A stretch of DNA of 64,000 nt from Lingula anatina (taxonomy: Eukaryota; Animalia; Brachiopoda), in the NCBI GenBank assembly GCA_051362555.1, contig CM120648.1, forward strand, positions 8,490,587-8,554,586, given 5' to 3'. The notes under the pieces were generated by a model. That model was not told where the DNA came from. It saw nothing but the letters and a program-made list of their open reading frames with translations, and did no database searches. A program made the translations under genes and the position numbers. Below are positions 12,082 to 25,260 of the stretch, piece by piece (the stretch's first letter is position 1; each line of letters starts with the position of its first letter).

Positions 12082-12792
12082 CTATATACTCACCACAATC
12101 TTCTGAAGGGTCCCCTTTCCTTTCAGCACAGCAACTGTGAATCCTACAACACTGAGAGCTTCGTCCTTGAGGGCAGTCTCTAGAACCTCCTTGTAATTCT
12201 CGGTAGTCAGTTTACCGCACAGGTCACTCACGGAGTCCAGTAAGGCCTCCACGCACTCGCGACTGGCGCTAGCGGTCACTTCGTACTGGATGCGACAAAC
12301 CTGCCGCATGGTGTCCGCTATAGGCAACAAGACACCGTACGGGTCCCTACCAAAAACCGACACCTCACTCAAATCTGGGTAGAGTGTCAACTTTAATTGA
12401 TCACGTTCGTCACAGTGACGTAGGTCGGAATCACTGACGTCATCAAATAGATCATCTACTGGTGACGTCATGACATGCACCGCAGAATGTTCGAGCACGT
12501 GCAGCGTGACGTTCCCATGGCACAAGTAGATCCAGTTTTCACCGCTCTTGGTTTCTCTGGGTTTGAAATCCAACAAAAAAGCTGGCTCGTCGTCCATTTT
12601 GATGCAGATCCCCGTGCCGTTGTACGGCATGCCTTGGACGGGGGTTTGATAAACACACCAGCTAAATTTACTGAAAGGTCTCTGTTTTTTGAGGGAGACC
12701 AAGTCTAGCAATGTCTCAAGCCGTTCCTCCAGCTCGTCTGCTAAAATGTCACGTGCATACACGCGCACAAATTTCGTGTTTGATAAAGCCAT
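12082..12792 (-). CDS. Uncharacterised 236-aa protein, single coding exon
   Basis: GC-richer ORF with globular-looking composition set in AT-rich DNA. Candidate 5'UTR intron 12809-12897 (AAG|GTAACA ... TTTATAG|) and a TATA-like TATAATAA on the minus strand near 13245. Confidence 0.75.
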   Translation of the reverse strand: MALSNTKFVRVYARDILADELEERLETLLDLVSLKKQRPFSKFSWCVYQTPVQGMPYNGTGICIKMDDEPAFLLDFKPRETKSGENWIYLCHGNVTLHVLEHSAVHVMTSPVDDLFDDVSDSDLRHCDERDQLKLTLYPDLSEVSVFGRDPYGVLLPIADTMRQVCRIQYEVTASASRECVEALLDSVSDLCGKLTTENYKEVLETALKDEALSVVGFTVAVLKGKGTLQKIVVSI

Positions 12793-14956
12793 GCTTGCTT
12801 GTTGCTACCTATAAACAGGGAATTTCCTGTTAAATTTCATCCAAATGTTTCTAAAAATTCGGTGCTCGTGGAAGTAGCTAAAGGGTCATTATGTTACCTT
12901 GGCAGTCTTTGGATCATTTCAAGTGTCTGTCAGTGGCTTAATTCAAGAGTTCACAAAGATAACAAAACACACTGTACATTTTCTTTGGACAGCAGCGTAC
13001 AGCGTAGAAGCGTAGAGAACGGCCAGCACCTGGCTGCGGAATCTCTTGCGAGTTAACCACTGCCACTGGATTTTTAACACGATTTTTGGCGCCGATAATA
13101 AAAGTAACGAAACTCAAATGTAGTGAGGGTTGCCGATGATCATACACGAAAATGCCGATCTTGATTAGACCGAAATTATCCCTTCTGTGTCGTCTTCCAA
13201 AGGCGTGAAATTCACGAGTCCGTGCGGTCCATATAATTATTATAAGGAAACTAGAACTCACAGTGGATCTGTTGACACCGGGTCCTTCATAAAAGACAAT
13301 GTTTACAGACTGTAGTGTGCCCCTGAACTGAAGTTGCTATGTGAGAAGAGAAAAGTCAATATTGATATTGACTAGTTATGTCAAAGATCAAGAAAACGTC
13401 AGTTGTAGGGGCATTGATCAGGCTGTTTAATTAGCCTGTACACGTGCAATGGGCCATAAACAGTGCACATATAGATAAAGGTACTGGTTTACTTGGTCTT
13501 GTAGCTCTTTAGACAATAAACTGGGAATATGTTGACAGCAAATGCCTCTCTTCACCGTATATTCTTGTCATCATCTCCCGACGTAAGGCTAATAACGCCG
13601 ATGTAATATCAGGGCAAATCCATGCTTGGGGGCTTCGAGAGAAAGTAGGCGAAGGACGTGCAATTGCTTTTATTTTGGTTCCCTTTGAATGACGTGCATA
13701 TAAAAATCTTTAAAAATCCTTTTTTATTGTGAAATTCTCGACTACCGCGCGGTTCATGCAAAAAAAAAAAAAAAGTGTACAACTTTTATACCAGTATGCT
13801 AGTAATGACCAAGAACCACTATAAAGTTGTCTTTCGATCCCTTTTATTTTACCAAAACGACAACATATCAAAATATGCAAATTGCAAGTGCTTGCAGTAC
13901 AGTGGCAAAACTGTATCACACTAACCTAGTTTACTCAGTGTTTTCTTTATTGCCATAGAAACATATAAAGTGACGTCATGGATTTCGTATCATCAGCATT
14001 ATCTTTGACCCCTTAAGCGACTGACTGGAAAATTTCATACATTGAAGGATTCAAAAGTACAACCATAATTAAAATTTGAATATTATTTTTTATCAACTTG
14101 AATAAAAAGAATAAGGATATTTTGCACAAAGAAATGTGAAAAAATTGTTACATTTAATTTAAACAAATTAAGCTTATGATGACACAAACTAAATGACATT
14201 TATAGAATTACAAAAAAAAAAAAAAAAAAAAACGCCAATGATTATAAACAATCACTGATATATTTTTAAGAAATATTTGTTAATTTTAGCCTAAGCTTTT
14301 GTGCATTAAAAAGATAAGCAAGCCTAGAAATTATCTGCAATTAACACTTATACCATAATACAGGTTAACGAAATCAGTGCTTTAAAAATAAAGGCTTCCA
14401 TAACCATATAATAAAAACTATACTAAAACTTAGCCTCTATTTTCAGCAGAAAAATTAAATATTGTGCGTTGATAATGGAGACGTAGAGTACATCAGACTT
14501 AATGACATCACTTAATGACAAAAAATCATCCTGACATCAATCAGATGCTAAGTTTGGTAGGTTGATGATGTTAATTAGACTTTTACAATTCAACTCAGTC
14601 CTGATGTGAACGCACACACCGAGTAGTGTAGAGGTACTCTGTTCATAACCTTAAACTATGTTATATTGCTTCTAATCCCCCCCCCCCCAAAAAAAAAAAA
14701 AAAAAAAAAAAAAAATCAACAATCCCAACATTTCATTTTTTATCATTATCAGTAGCTATAAAAAAAATTTATGACATGAAACCAAACTCAGTATTCAAAT
14801 TCAGTTTTGGAACTATCTGTTTTCATCTATTATTACCATTAGCAGAAATAATGGCAAGTAATTAACCAATTTAATAACCATATTTTACTGCTATTTGGTG
14901 TTGCACCAATGCTAATGCCACAGACAGCAATTATACAATAACAAATCTGGTCTCAT

Positions 14957-15204
14957 AGACCCTGTTCCCATACCTAGATTGATCTAGCAGGATTAACCCA
15001 TATCTGAGGGGTTTCTTGCTAAATTGCATTCAGCTTAAGTGGCTCTGATGTGTGGCATGCTGTTAGGGGGTAATAAGCTATTGTAAAGCAGCTTCAATAG
15101 GCGTGCCAGACATCTAAGCCCCTTAATCTGAATGCAATTTAATGAGAAACCCCTCAAAGATGGGTCGATCCTGCTAGATCGCTCTAGGTATGCAAATGGG
15201 GTCT
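14957..15204. mobile_element. Fold-back (near-palindromic) MITE-like element
   Basis: Arms of about 110 bp are imperfect reverse complements: AGACCC..CATACCTAGA..GATCTAGCAGGAT..ACCCAT..TGAGGGGTTTCT..TAAATTGCATTCAG versus CTGAATGCAATTTA..AGAAACCCCTCA..ATGGGT..ATCCTGCTAGATC..TCTAGGTATG..GGGTCT. Confidence 0.8.
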
Positions 15205-16848
15205 TAATCATTCATTCTCAGGCCTTATAAACAAATAAAGCCTCAGATTTGTGAGCCACAAATCAAGAACTCCAACATAAAATATTTAGTTAAAAGCACA
15301 ACCATAGGACCCACAAACCGTAAATCCAAATAGTTTGTCATGTCCAACGCTGTGCTCATGGCTACTAATTTTCGTTGGGGCACTTAACTCTGGGCTTGTT
15401 TGCGCTCTCAAATCTAAAGCTCGTGTTAGCAAGCCACAATTATTGTTTATGAGGCCCGAGTCGTATATAACAGTGTCTAATGATGAGAAAAAGATTCTGC
15501 TCATTAGACTTGAGGTATCTTAGTCTCTGTATAGAAGTACATGTACATATAATCCAGAGAGATTTCACTATGTACTTTCTTCTGTTTAATATTATAGGTT
15601 GACCAAACCCTTATGGTTAAATGTTACCACTGCCAACAATCATAAATAGATAATAATAATAACAGTGATAAATTTCAAATTGCATAATTAATGCAATTGT
15701 CTCACACAAGTATAACATCTACTAATAAAAGCAAAGATTTAATGAATATTCAGGATCTAAACCATTAAAACCGCACCAAAACTTATAAATAAATATATCA
15801 ATCACTGAACAAGTACCAATCTAATGGTAAAAGTTAAATCAACTTTCCATTTTTTTTAAGGGTTTGGGTATGAAAATAATATGTACTTCTTACATCAAAA
15901 TAATATTGGCAAGGCATTTTGGAAAAAAGGTAAATGGTTTCAATACCCTGTAATGCTGTATGTAAAAAAAAAGGTCTGGATATAACAGTAACAACTGAAA
16001 AAGAGAAAAAGTATCCTTCTTCACCTATTTATCTAGTTAAACAAAACGGGTTAGCTTTCAACTCTCTTGTATATATCTGAAAAAAGAAAAAAAATTGCTC
16101 TTTAACTCTCTTGTTTTTACCCAACTACCCAAAAATAAAAGAATATAAATAATACAAAATCCAGGCTGGTAATCTCCATATAAAATTTGTAGTTTTGCAT
16201 TGGGGTAGATCACTTGGAAATGGCACGTTTATCATGTTTTCATGATGGAAACTATGCTTTCTAAATTCCATGAACAATGCTACAATTACAATTCTTTATT
16301 GAGTTTATATAAGTTCAATATCAATGTGTAGAAAGAACAGCAACTAATAAATAAAAACATCAAAAAAGAAACTAGCCTGTTCCTTTTTGTCACTAATAAA
16401 AAAGTAAGATAAAATTATCGTATTAATGATTAAAAAATGACTTTGTATGTATTAAAACATTACCAAAAACAGATCAACCACAAGATTAACCTCCTTAAAT
16501 AAGAAAAGAAAAAAATTTTCATTGCTGTCATTAACCACAAGAGATATTATCTAATAATAAATCATCAATAATAAAAGTTGAGTCATCCTGTATGGGATAT
16601 TCCCACCAAATCACACTTTTTTCTCTGACAAGAAATAATTTTTTCCTGCTCACAAATATTCCAGACAAAAATAAATTTTAAATCAACAACAACAAAGACA
16701 GTAGAGGTTGCTCCACAGCAAGGTAAGACTGGATACAACCAATGCCATCTCCAAAAGAAGAAAACCTGACATTTTTTATTGCAACTGAGAGATGAATTTT
16801 TAGTAATCTCTAAAACTCTGATGTGACATGGTTTGAATCAAATTTTAT

Positions 16849-19800
16849 CTAATTCACCTCCACATTAATTCTATGCCATGAGTTATTCATTAGTCCTCTC
16901 AGGTTCCATATTCCAGCTACAGAGTCGGGTTGAACGTTGTGCGAGGAATCCACAGCCTTGCATATCAGCTCCATGTTTCCTTTGAAACCATCAGGGATGG
17001 GGACGTCCACTTCCCAGAGGGTCCAAGACCACTCCTGATAGGGCCTCTGACCAGGTTTTTGAAGACTGGCAACTTGCCAAGTCTTTCCACCATCGGCCGA
17101 AATATCGACACGCATGATGCCTCGTCCGCCTCCGCTCCAGGCATAGCCTTTCAGAGTAATCTCACCCTCTTCACCATCAATTTTCTGCCCCGCGCTGGGG
17201 ACGCAAATGGCGGATGTGACGGGAAAATCCTGCAGAGCTGGAGACTTTGAGAAGTCCGCTGTGTCCCAGTCGATGGATGGACTGAAACTTTTGTAATCCC
17301 TCTGCTGCCAGAAGCTGGGGCTCTCATCAGGACTGACCACAATCTTTGACAGCCATTTCACATTGCGGGCTCCTGCTATCCCGGGGCAAATCACTCTGAC
17401 AGGATACCCATGATCGGTGGGGATATCCTCTCCATTCATTTCATAAGCCAAGAGAACCTCTCTGAAAGGGTTCATTGCTATCTCAATGGGTACAGAAGCA
17501 CCATACGGGTTGTTTGACTCGTCCTTGTCAAGACCCTCAAATTGTACGTGGCAGTTTTTGGGATCATCAAGGGAGACACCTGCAGCCTTCAAAACGTCCA
17601 CTAGGAGGACACCAGACCATTCGGCATTGCTGATGGCAGTGAAAGTCCAAGACAGTCCCTTGACAGGTCTTTGACTTGACATCTCTTTCCTGCGGTTCCC
17701 AGCACACTGGAGTGTTGCCGTAATTGTATGCTTTTTGTATTTCTTCTTCAGGTCCTGCAGAGAAAGTGAAATTGGTTTCTTGCCCTGGACTTCAATCACT
17801 AATCTGTACCTGAGGGGAAAAAGAGAAAAAATATTTGTTTGGAACAATATGATGTCCTTTCCAATCCACTTTCCCTCTTTAATAACTTTTTTTGCTCTGT
17901 TAGTGTATTGTGCCATGTGTGATTATTTAATGTGTATGTTAGATGAGATATTGTGTTAGGTAAGACAATGAAGAGACGTGGCAATGTGCTAGGTGTGATC
18001 ACTTAATGTGTGTGTTAGATGAGGCATTGTGTTAGGGGTGCCAGTGAAGAGATGTGACAATGCGCTAGGTGTGACCACCTAACGTGCGTGTTAGATAAGA
18101 CATTGTGTTAGGTGTGACAGTGAACAGAAATGACAATGTGCTAGGTGTCATTCCTTACAACGTGCGTGTTAGAAGTTAGAGGTAACTTTTAAATGTGCAT
18201 GTTAGATAACAGAGCATGAAGTGTGAGTCAACAGTGCAAATAAATTCTCACTTTTTCATATCCACCTCAGGCACTGGCAGATGATTCCGCACAAAAAATA
18301 AACTGCTTGGAGTGATGAAATTATCCACCAAAAGTTCTGGTGGGCTCTCTGCGTTGAATGGCTTTTCTGTGTTTCGCTTGAGTGCTGGATGGCGATCTGG
18401 ATCAAATCGATATGGGTCGCTAGCGTCCTTCAAAGCAACCTTTCCAGCATCCTTGAAGTTCCCTATGCGATAAGTCTCCAAGATTTCGTAGACTTCAGGT
18501 TTTTTGTGTGCAGCATACAAATGCCAAAATGGTTCTAATGAGCCACCTGTAAAGAGAAAAATAAGATTCATGACTCCACCTTTATTAAAAGAAACATTTT
18601 CACTGAACAGCCTAAAGAGCAGTAAGCAGTAATATTTCGCAATTAACAATGGGCTTGTATCGTTAAGGTAAAACTAAAGACAGTTCTATGCAACAAATTT
18701 GGAGATGACAGGATGTGAAAAAACTCTCTTTTTATTTTCCTTACGCCCGTGTAGGTAGATACACTTTAAAAATCCCCTCTCTTATTTTTCACCGCCATTT
18801 GATGCATAATTAATATCATAATTAACTGAAACCAAGGCTTAAAGCTGTCAAGACACAGGTCTCTCCCTTTTTCCTTTAATTTCCTTTTTTAAATCTTGAT
18901 AGATGTTATTTAGAACTTCAGATACTGTATGGGTTCAACAGACGGTCTGTCAAACCCAGACAGTTCAATGTACCTGCAGCAAGCTTTATCTTTTCTCCTC
19001 CAGGGTGCAGTTCTATAAATTCTGTGATATCATAGACGCCATGTTTGTACGTCACCCAGATGCGACTGCCATTTCCTTTATGTTTCTCAACATCTTTCAG
19101 GCTGTACTCTGGCAGTCCCGCCTTCCTGTCTCCTCCCTGTAGTTCACCACTCGCTGCGTGTAAAATCCAGAATCTTGATTTTTTGAAGTAAACCAGAACA
19201 CCTGAAATAAAAGTGATAATTGTTCTTTTTTTTCTTCCTTTGGATGTCTTAAGTTCTGTTGATCTCTTCAAAATTTCTACTGTATGCACATGTAATTATA
19301 TCATTTACACCTTTGAGACTTGCATTAAGATTTTGCAAAACTTTTCAAAGTTACTATCATGGCCAAAAATACAAGACCCGCAAATATGTTACACAGAAAA
19401 TTTAGATGAAAAGAAATATTTCCAAATCTAATTAAAGGGATAATAACTCTTCGTTTTGGCCAAAAAATGAATTTTCCTGGAGTAAACAACAATTTTTCCA
19501 TACTAACCAGTGGTTAATGAATCCATTTTTACATTCAAAGTTAGTCCCTGGTTTTTTTCTAAAAAGTTTGGTTTTTTGTTATAATCTCTGAAGAGATTAT
19601 AACAGAGTATAGCTATCAATGGAGGTCACGTGGTCTAAAGACAAGCTCAGATATCAGAATAATAGCTATACCTGTCATTTTTTCTTATACAACAGAATAT
19701 ATTATATTTCTATGAGTTGTTCACAATGTTTTTATTGTGAAATATACATCTCATACAAAGAGTTATTAACCCTTTAATTTGCTTCTGAAGTTATTGAACT

Positions 19801-21217
19801 TTTGATGGCTTTGGGTGACCTGTAGCCATTACGGTATCTTGACTGCCATCTGTGAGAAAGTTTCTAAATTCCACTCAGATATATAGATTCACTTTTAGGG
19901 AAAAAATCTCTTTTTCATTACAAATACATTATACTGTGTTCAAATGTATTTTTACATACATGTGTATTCCTACATGTATTTCTGGTGTCAGTGGGTCTTC
20001 AGTGATCAAGACAAGGCCAAACAGCACTAACAGATATTGTTTACACGTTTGAGAAAAAACTTAAAGTTCAGGAGATTAATTCAGCACAAAATGTCTGTTA
20101 ATGTTATTGGATTGAGCGAGAGTTAGTAGACAGTGGAGTTAGTGTGCAGCAGCTACAATGTAGATTCATTGTGAAAACATCCTTTTACATTAGAGTAACT
20201 TTAGAAGTAAAGGCATGTGGCATGCCTATTCAAAGTTAAGCCTTGTGTAAAACTACCCTCCATGGGAAGATAGATAGGAATTTTTCAGGCCATGTATTTC
20301 TGTATTAGGTCTTTACAAACTCAGTAGAGCAAAGACTCTTTTGAATCTGTACTTCATTCAACAGCCAAATTAAACTAGGCACCAATTTTTGAGATCTTAA
20401 GAAAAATTACTAGCTGCTGGTACATTGTGCATTATTTATATTGCTTTAATGGGACTGCATTGATTTTATTGACCACCAAATTGAGCACCTTTTTTCTTTG
20501 CTTTTTTTTCCATAAGGCAAGTTAAGAACAACTCCTTCATGCAAGGTTTATACTTTAAAGGACATATCTGCGAGATAAAACTTGAAATTACTTGAAGTGA
20601 ACTGTACTAAAAGTACTTACAGTGTACTAGCTTTTAACTACAGAATACATGTGCTGAGTATGAATATTAAAACACTTCATTTTTGAACTCCCAAACATTT
20701 TATATCTGTTGTATATATATTGGAAGCCAACTGGTTATCGTCATCTAATTTCTGAATAAATAAAATGTTTTCCATAGAAAAAAATAGTGGAAAATCGAAA
20801 TAACACTTCTATATTATGACCTTGCAACAGTACTATTCTTTTTTTTTCTCAGTGAGACCCTCTTCAAGCAAATTAAACAAATTGCTTTCCACAAGCACAC
20901 ATTTCTGACATGCTGCTTTGGTCACATCAATGTAATTTCCATGAGCATGAAAAGTATTTAGGTTGTTGGGATTACTTTACAAGTGATATGGTTTCAGTGA
21001 CCTTCACCCAAGGACGTTTCAAGGTCACCTTGAAACATGTTCAAGGGCATGAAGGTCTTACTTGTCAAAAGAGAGGACATTCTTGAAGTGTGTGACTACA
21101 GATGTGTGAAATTAAACCATGCAGGCATCAGCAACTTTAAGAATGTTACTGTATTGACTGGAAATAAAACTGATGACACTGTGTGTTTCTAGAATACATG
21201 TACATACAGTATGATAA

Positions 21218-21248
<31 letters not shown>

Positions 21249-23388
21249 ACAAACAAACAAACAAACAAACAAACAAATAAATAAACAAATAAATAAATAA
21301 TTTAAATGCCTTTATCAGTACATTTCTGTAGATCTTTAATGACCAAGGCGTATGTAAGAATTAAAGCTTTCAAGACTGGTTCTTGCAGGGGCTTACACAA
21401 ATATTTACCTATAAATTTATAGCCATGACTTTTACATCAAAATAAAACACATAACAGTTGTTATAAACTGCAGTGGTGTGTTCCAAGAAAAAATAATGTC
21501 ATAAAGTCAATGTTTTCTTATTTTGTATGCTGTAATGTTCAACTTCTTCAGACAAAACAATATTTTCCACCTGCTATTAAGGCACATATTTATGTCCTGA
21601 CATGCTGCTTTGGTCACACCAAGGTAATTTCCAAGAGCATGTCAAACAGGTATTTATTTTGTTTGGATCCTTTTTAATTTAATGTGATGATTTCAATGAT
21701 ATGATATGACCTTCATCCAAGGACATCTCAAGGTCACCTTGAAACATGCCCAATGACATGAAGGTTGACAGAAGAGAAGCTATTTAAGGAACATATATTA
21801 TAGACAAATGTGAAACTGGGTGTCGGCATAAATATGCCCCCGTAAAAAACTTAAAATGAAACTGATTATACTGTGTGCTTTTATAATACATACAGTAAAT
21901 TTTAAAAAGGAATAGTTTTAATGATTTTATCAGCGCACTTCTATAAATCTTTAATGACTAAGGTAAGAAAGCTTTCAGGATTTGTTCAGATCCTTACACT
22001 GACTGACATTACATCAAAAGAGAGTTTATAGCTTGGATTGCTATACAAAGTTAAGCATATATATATTTGTTATAAACCATGGCATATGTTTCAGGAAAAA
22101 AGATGGACCAACTGTTTATATTATTCATCCCAACCAGTACAACATGAACTCTTTTTTTATTTTTATTTTTTTGTATAATGTAATATAATTCAACTTTTCG
22201 GACAAAATATTTTCCACCTGGTCCTGCACATTTTTGTCAAGACAAGCCACTTTGATCTTTTCAAGGCAATTTCCATGAGCATGCCAAACTTGTCCTTATG
22301 TTATTTTAAATTATATGCAATGTTTTCAATATGATATGACCTTCACCCAAGGACATCTCAAGGTCACCTTGAAACATGCCCAAGGACATGAAGGTCTTGC
22401 CTGTCAACAGAAAAGACATTATATTTGTGTACTAGTAGTATTGTAATATTCACCTTACAGCACTCAAAACTGTCGATCCTTGTTAAAATTCATGGTAACA
22501 TGAGATAAAATAAGACATATTTATGATTATGCAGATTGCAGGGTGACAGAAAACATCACGTTTGTCTCCTCACTCCCTAACCTTTCTTTCTCCCCAAATA
22601 CCCTGGATCCACCCCCAGTGCATATTTTAACATTCAAAATTGTGTTTAGGATCTTTTCATCTCACTTCAAGGTGCCCTCAGAACATTACACAGAGGCATC
22701 AATATCAGTGCCTGGGGGTCAACTGACTTCTCTATCTGAGTATTAATGTGTTCTCGTGCACACCAGCAACTGCCTGACACTCACTGAAAACCCCATTAGT
22801 TGCCCCGAATCATGTGTACAATTCACTGGAATTCAGCAACTTAATTAGACCATGAATTACTTCAAAGCTTTTAATACTGTACATTGCTTAATTTATCTAT
22901 TAGACTGAGAAGACAATGCAACATATACATGTATTATAATAGAATATTGACAGCCAATATATGTATGTGTAAACATCCATCTATCTCACAGTATATATAC
23001 CTAGTAGAACATCATCCTTGCCTACTTGTATGTATATATCTGGGTCATAGTGCTTCAGTGGATGTTTTTACAGTGATAAGAAAAAGTGGAAATGGGTCAT
23101 TTAACATTCATCCTATTGTATTCAACTCATGCACCTGTATATGGTAACCCCAGCTGAGTTTCAAAGAAAGTTAATAAACCAGGAACTTCTCTCTAAGTTG
23201 TCAACATACACTAGAAATATTAGGAGGTTAATCCCCTGTTAAATGTGAAACGCAGGTTGTAAGAAGTGAAGTTGGAAAAGGGGGGGAGGGGGGGGGGTGG
23301 AGGGGACGGGGGAGGGTGGGACAAAAAAATGCATTGAGAGGCTTGGACAAGTGGTAAACTCAAGGGTACAGATTGCACTGATCTTGAT

Positions 23389-23445
<57 letters not shown>

Positions 23446-24996
23446 CGCACACATGTTCATACATGAGCATGCTGTTTAATTCATTAAAGAGCATAACTGG
23501 AATAAATTCGACAGGCTCCTGATTACCACATACAAATATTTGCAGTAAGGTTATAAATAAACTCTCAACTTATCCCGATAACTGATCTTTAGTCCCATTT
23601 TGGGATGACATTCATCTGGCACTGTCTGCTGAGTGTAACTGGGACATTGAAGATAATTGTGTCAACCTGGCTGCAGAACGCTGCCCTTGCCTAGACATTT
23701 CTTATATAACCAAATCGAAAAACGTGCTCCTCATGTACTAAATGGTTTCAAGTTACCTAGCTAGGTGTCATTCAATGTATTAAAGGTCATGTGTATACTA
23801 TTTAAAGCACAACAATGCAGGGGTGCATGAGAGGCTGGCTGATCTGGTACAGCTAAAATATGATTTCTTGTATTAATTCAGGGCTGGCAGGCATAACTAT
23901 GAGATCCCCCCCCCCCCCCCCCCCCCAAAGTGCACCCCCATCCCTCTGCACCAGCCCTCATACTTCATGCAAATGCCTCTTTAGTTTCTATTTCAATAAA
24001 TGTGTGAAGATGAAAAAATAAATTGTAATGCAAACCTTAACTGGGGGAGAAATGGAGAAGAGCAGAAATCAGTAATGTATACCAGTAAATGCATTAATTA
24101 ATCATTTATCATTTTGCCTGGTAAAATTCCCATATATCTTTCCAAATCATTCATATTCCCTTTCAGTGATATGGTTTATTTATTAATTATTTGCAGCCTG
24201 CCATATATGTTTCTGTATGAAAATACAGATTAATTATTTAGGATGGGGGTATAGATGTTGTGTATATAAAATTATACTTGTATATCAAATGACTGCAACT
24301 CTTAATTGTTATATTTGAATGAATTTCACTATCTTGTAAAAACCATTGTAAACTGGAAAGTTAGTTGCCAATTTTAAGTTATTTATTTGAATATTGACAG
24401 CCGTTTTATACTGGTTTATTTTTGTCAGAATATGGATCTGTTAAAGCTTATATGGACTATACAATATCAAATGGTAACAAGATTCTTGAAAGACACTATA
24501 GCGATGTTTGGGGGCAATACCTTGCAAAGTAACATAGAGGTTTTTTCTTAGGCGCAGTTTACTGGCAATCTAGTAGCAGTATTACTACAATACTGTCTCA
24601 AGTGTAAACAAACATTATCCTTGTAGCACGCGAACGCCAATAATCCCTTTAATCTGTAGTGCACTTACGTCTGAGGCAATTGGCACCATAAATTATCACG
24701 TTATATATGGTGAAGTATATCATGTGTTATATAAAAAGAATGCAAACTGCAAATAGAATGTAATAATATCGGCATTTTTTAAAAATCTTACCAACGCCAG
24801 CGACGGCTGCCAAGCCGCCAAGCAACACTTTTTGATGTCTTCCTTTCTGGAACTTGGCTGTCAGTTTTCCCGGGGACGTGTGCAGCCTTGAGACACGTGC
24901 ACTGATTCCTTGCACCCCCAACAGACCGCTGAAAGGGCTTACATTTCGCGACACGGCGGCAGAAAGACGCGCACACTTCCCCAGGACAGCTGCCAT
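16849..24996 (-). CDS. SUOX: Sulfite oxidase, mitochondrial (4 exons, about 562 aa)
   Basis: Exons 24996-24792, 19201-18974, 18546-18252 and 17809-16849, all GT-AG and phase-consistent (1689 nt). Transit peptide, cytochrome b5 domain (VYDITEFIELHPGG), Moco domain (FFVRNHLPVP, LQCAGNRR, DHGYPVR) and dimerisation domain (GYAWSGGGRGI, IWNLRG). Confidence 0.97.
17917..18175. repeat. 76-bp minisatellite, about 3.4 copies, in SUOX intron 3
   Basis: Unit starts GTGTGA/GTGTCA at 17917, 17993, 18069 and 18145. Confidence 0.9.
19436..19773. mobile_element. Kolobok-like MITE with TTAA TSD
   Basis: TTAA|AGGGATAATAACTCTT ... AAGAGTTATTAACCCT|TTAA. A second partial copy lies at about 47205-47370. Confidence 0.85.
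20870..22425. repeat. Three diverged tandem copies (about 640-690 bp period) with a conserved hairpin core, SUOX intron 1
   Basis: GACATGCTGCTTTGG-type starts at 20907, 21599 and 22241. The core GACCTTCAYCCAAGGAC..TCAAGGTCACCTTGAAACATG..TGAAGGT recurs at about 21000, 21708 and 22338. Confidence 0.85.
23393..23452. repeat. (GT)n(GC)n microsatellite
   Basis: Direct reading of the sequence. Confidence 0.95.
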
Positions 24997-25089
24997 CTCG
25001 CTCTCACTGTCGGTCTTACTGCACCGACGCTTAAATCAATCTAAAATAATGTAAACAAAAACCATGCGCAAGGTCTTTATCGTTGAGAC

Positions 25090-25260
25090 ATTTTATTTTG
25101 GGCCAATCAGGAATGCGAGTAATAAAAAAAGAATAGCGCTCACCCCTTTTTATTCATTAATAGACATGAGAGCTAAAATGCGAAATTAAGTGGGGGAGGT
25201 CCAGAAATTAAGCATTGTGATTGGCTGAAAAGGGCCAAGGTCATTTAGTGCGTGGTTAAT
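25090..25260 (-). promoter_or_regulatory. Putative SUOX promoter with CCAAT boxes
   Basis: GGCCAATCAG at about 25101 and GATTGGCTG at about 25219, 100-230 bp upstream of the ATG. Confidence 0.45.

Noticed and set aside
17810-17916. N-terminus of the 355-aa ORF (MAQYTNR...)
   Set aside because: This is intronic read-through. The true exon starts after the polypyrimidine tract and AG, at 17809.
17917-18175. Regularly spaced repeats as a CRISPR array
   Set aside because: The whole 76-bp unit is repeated with no unique spacers, it sits in a eukaryotic intron, and there are no cas genes.
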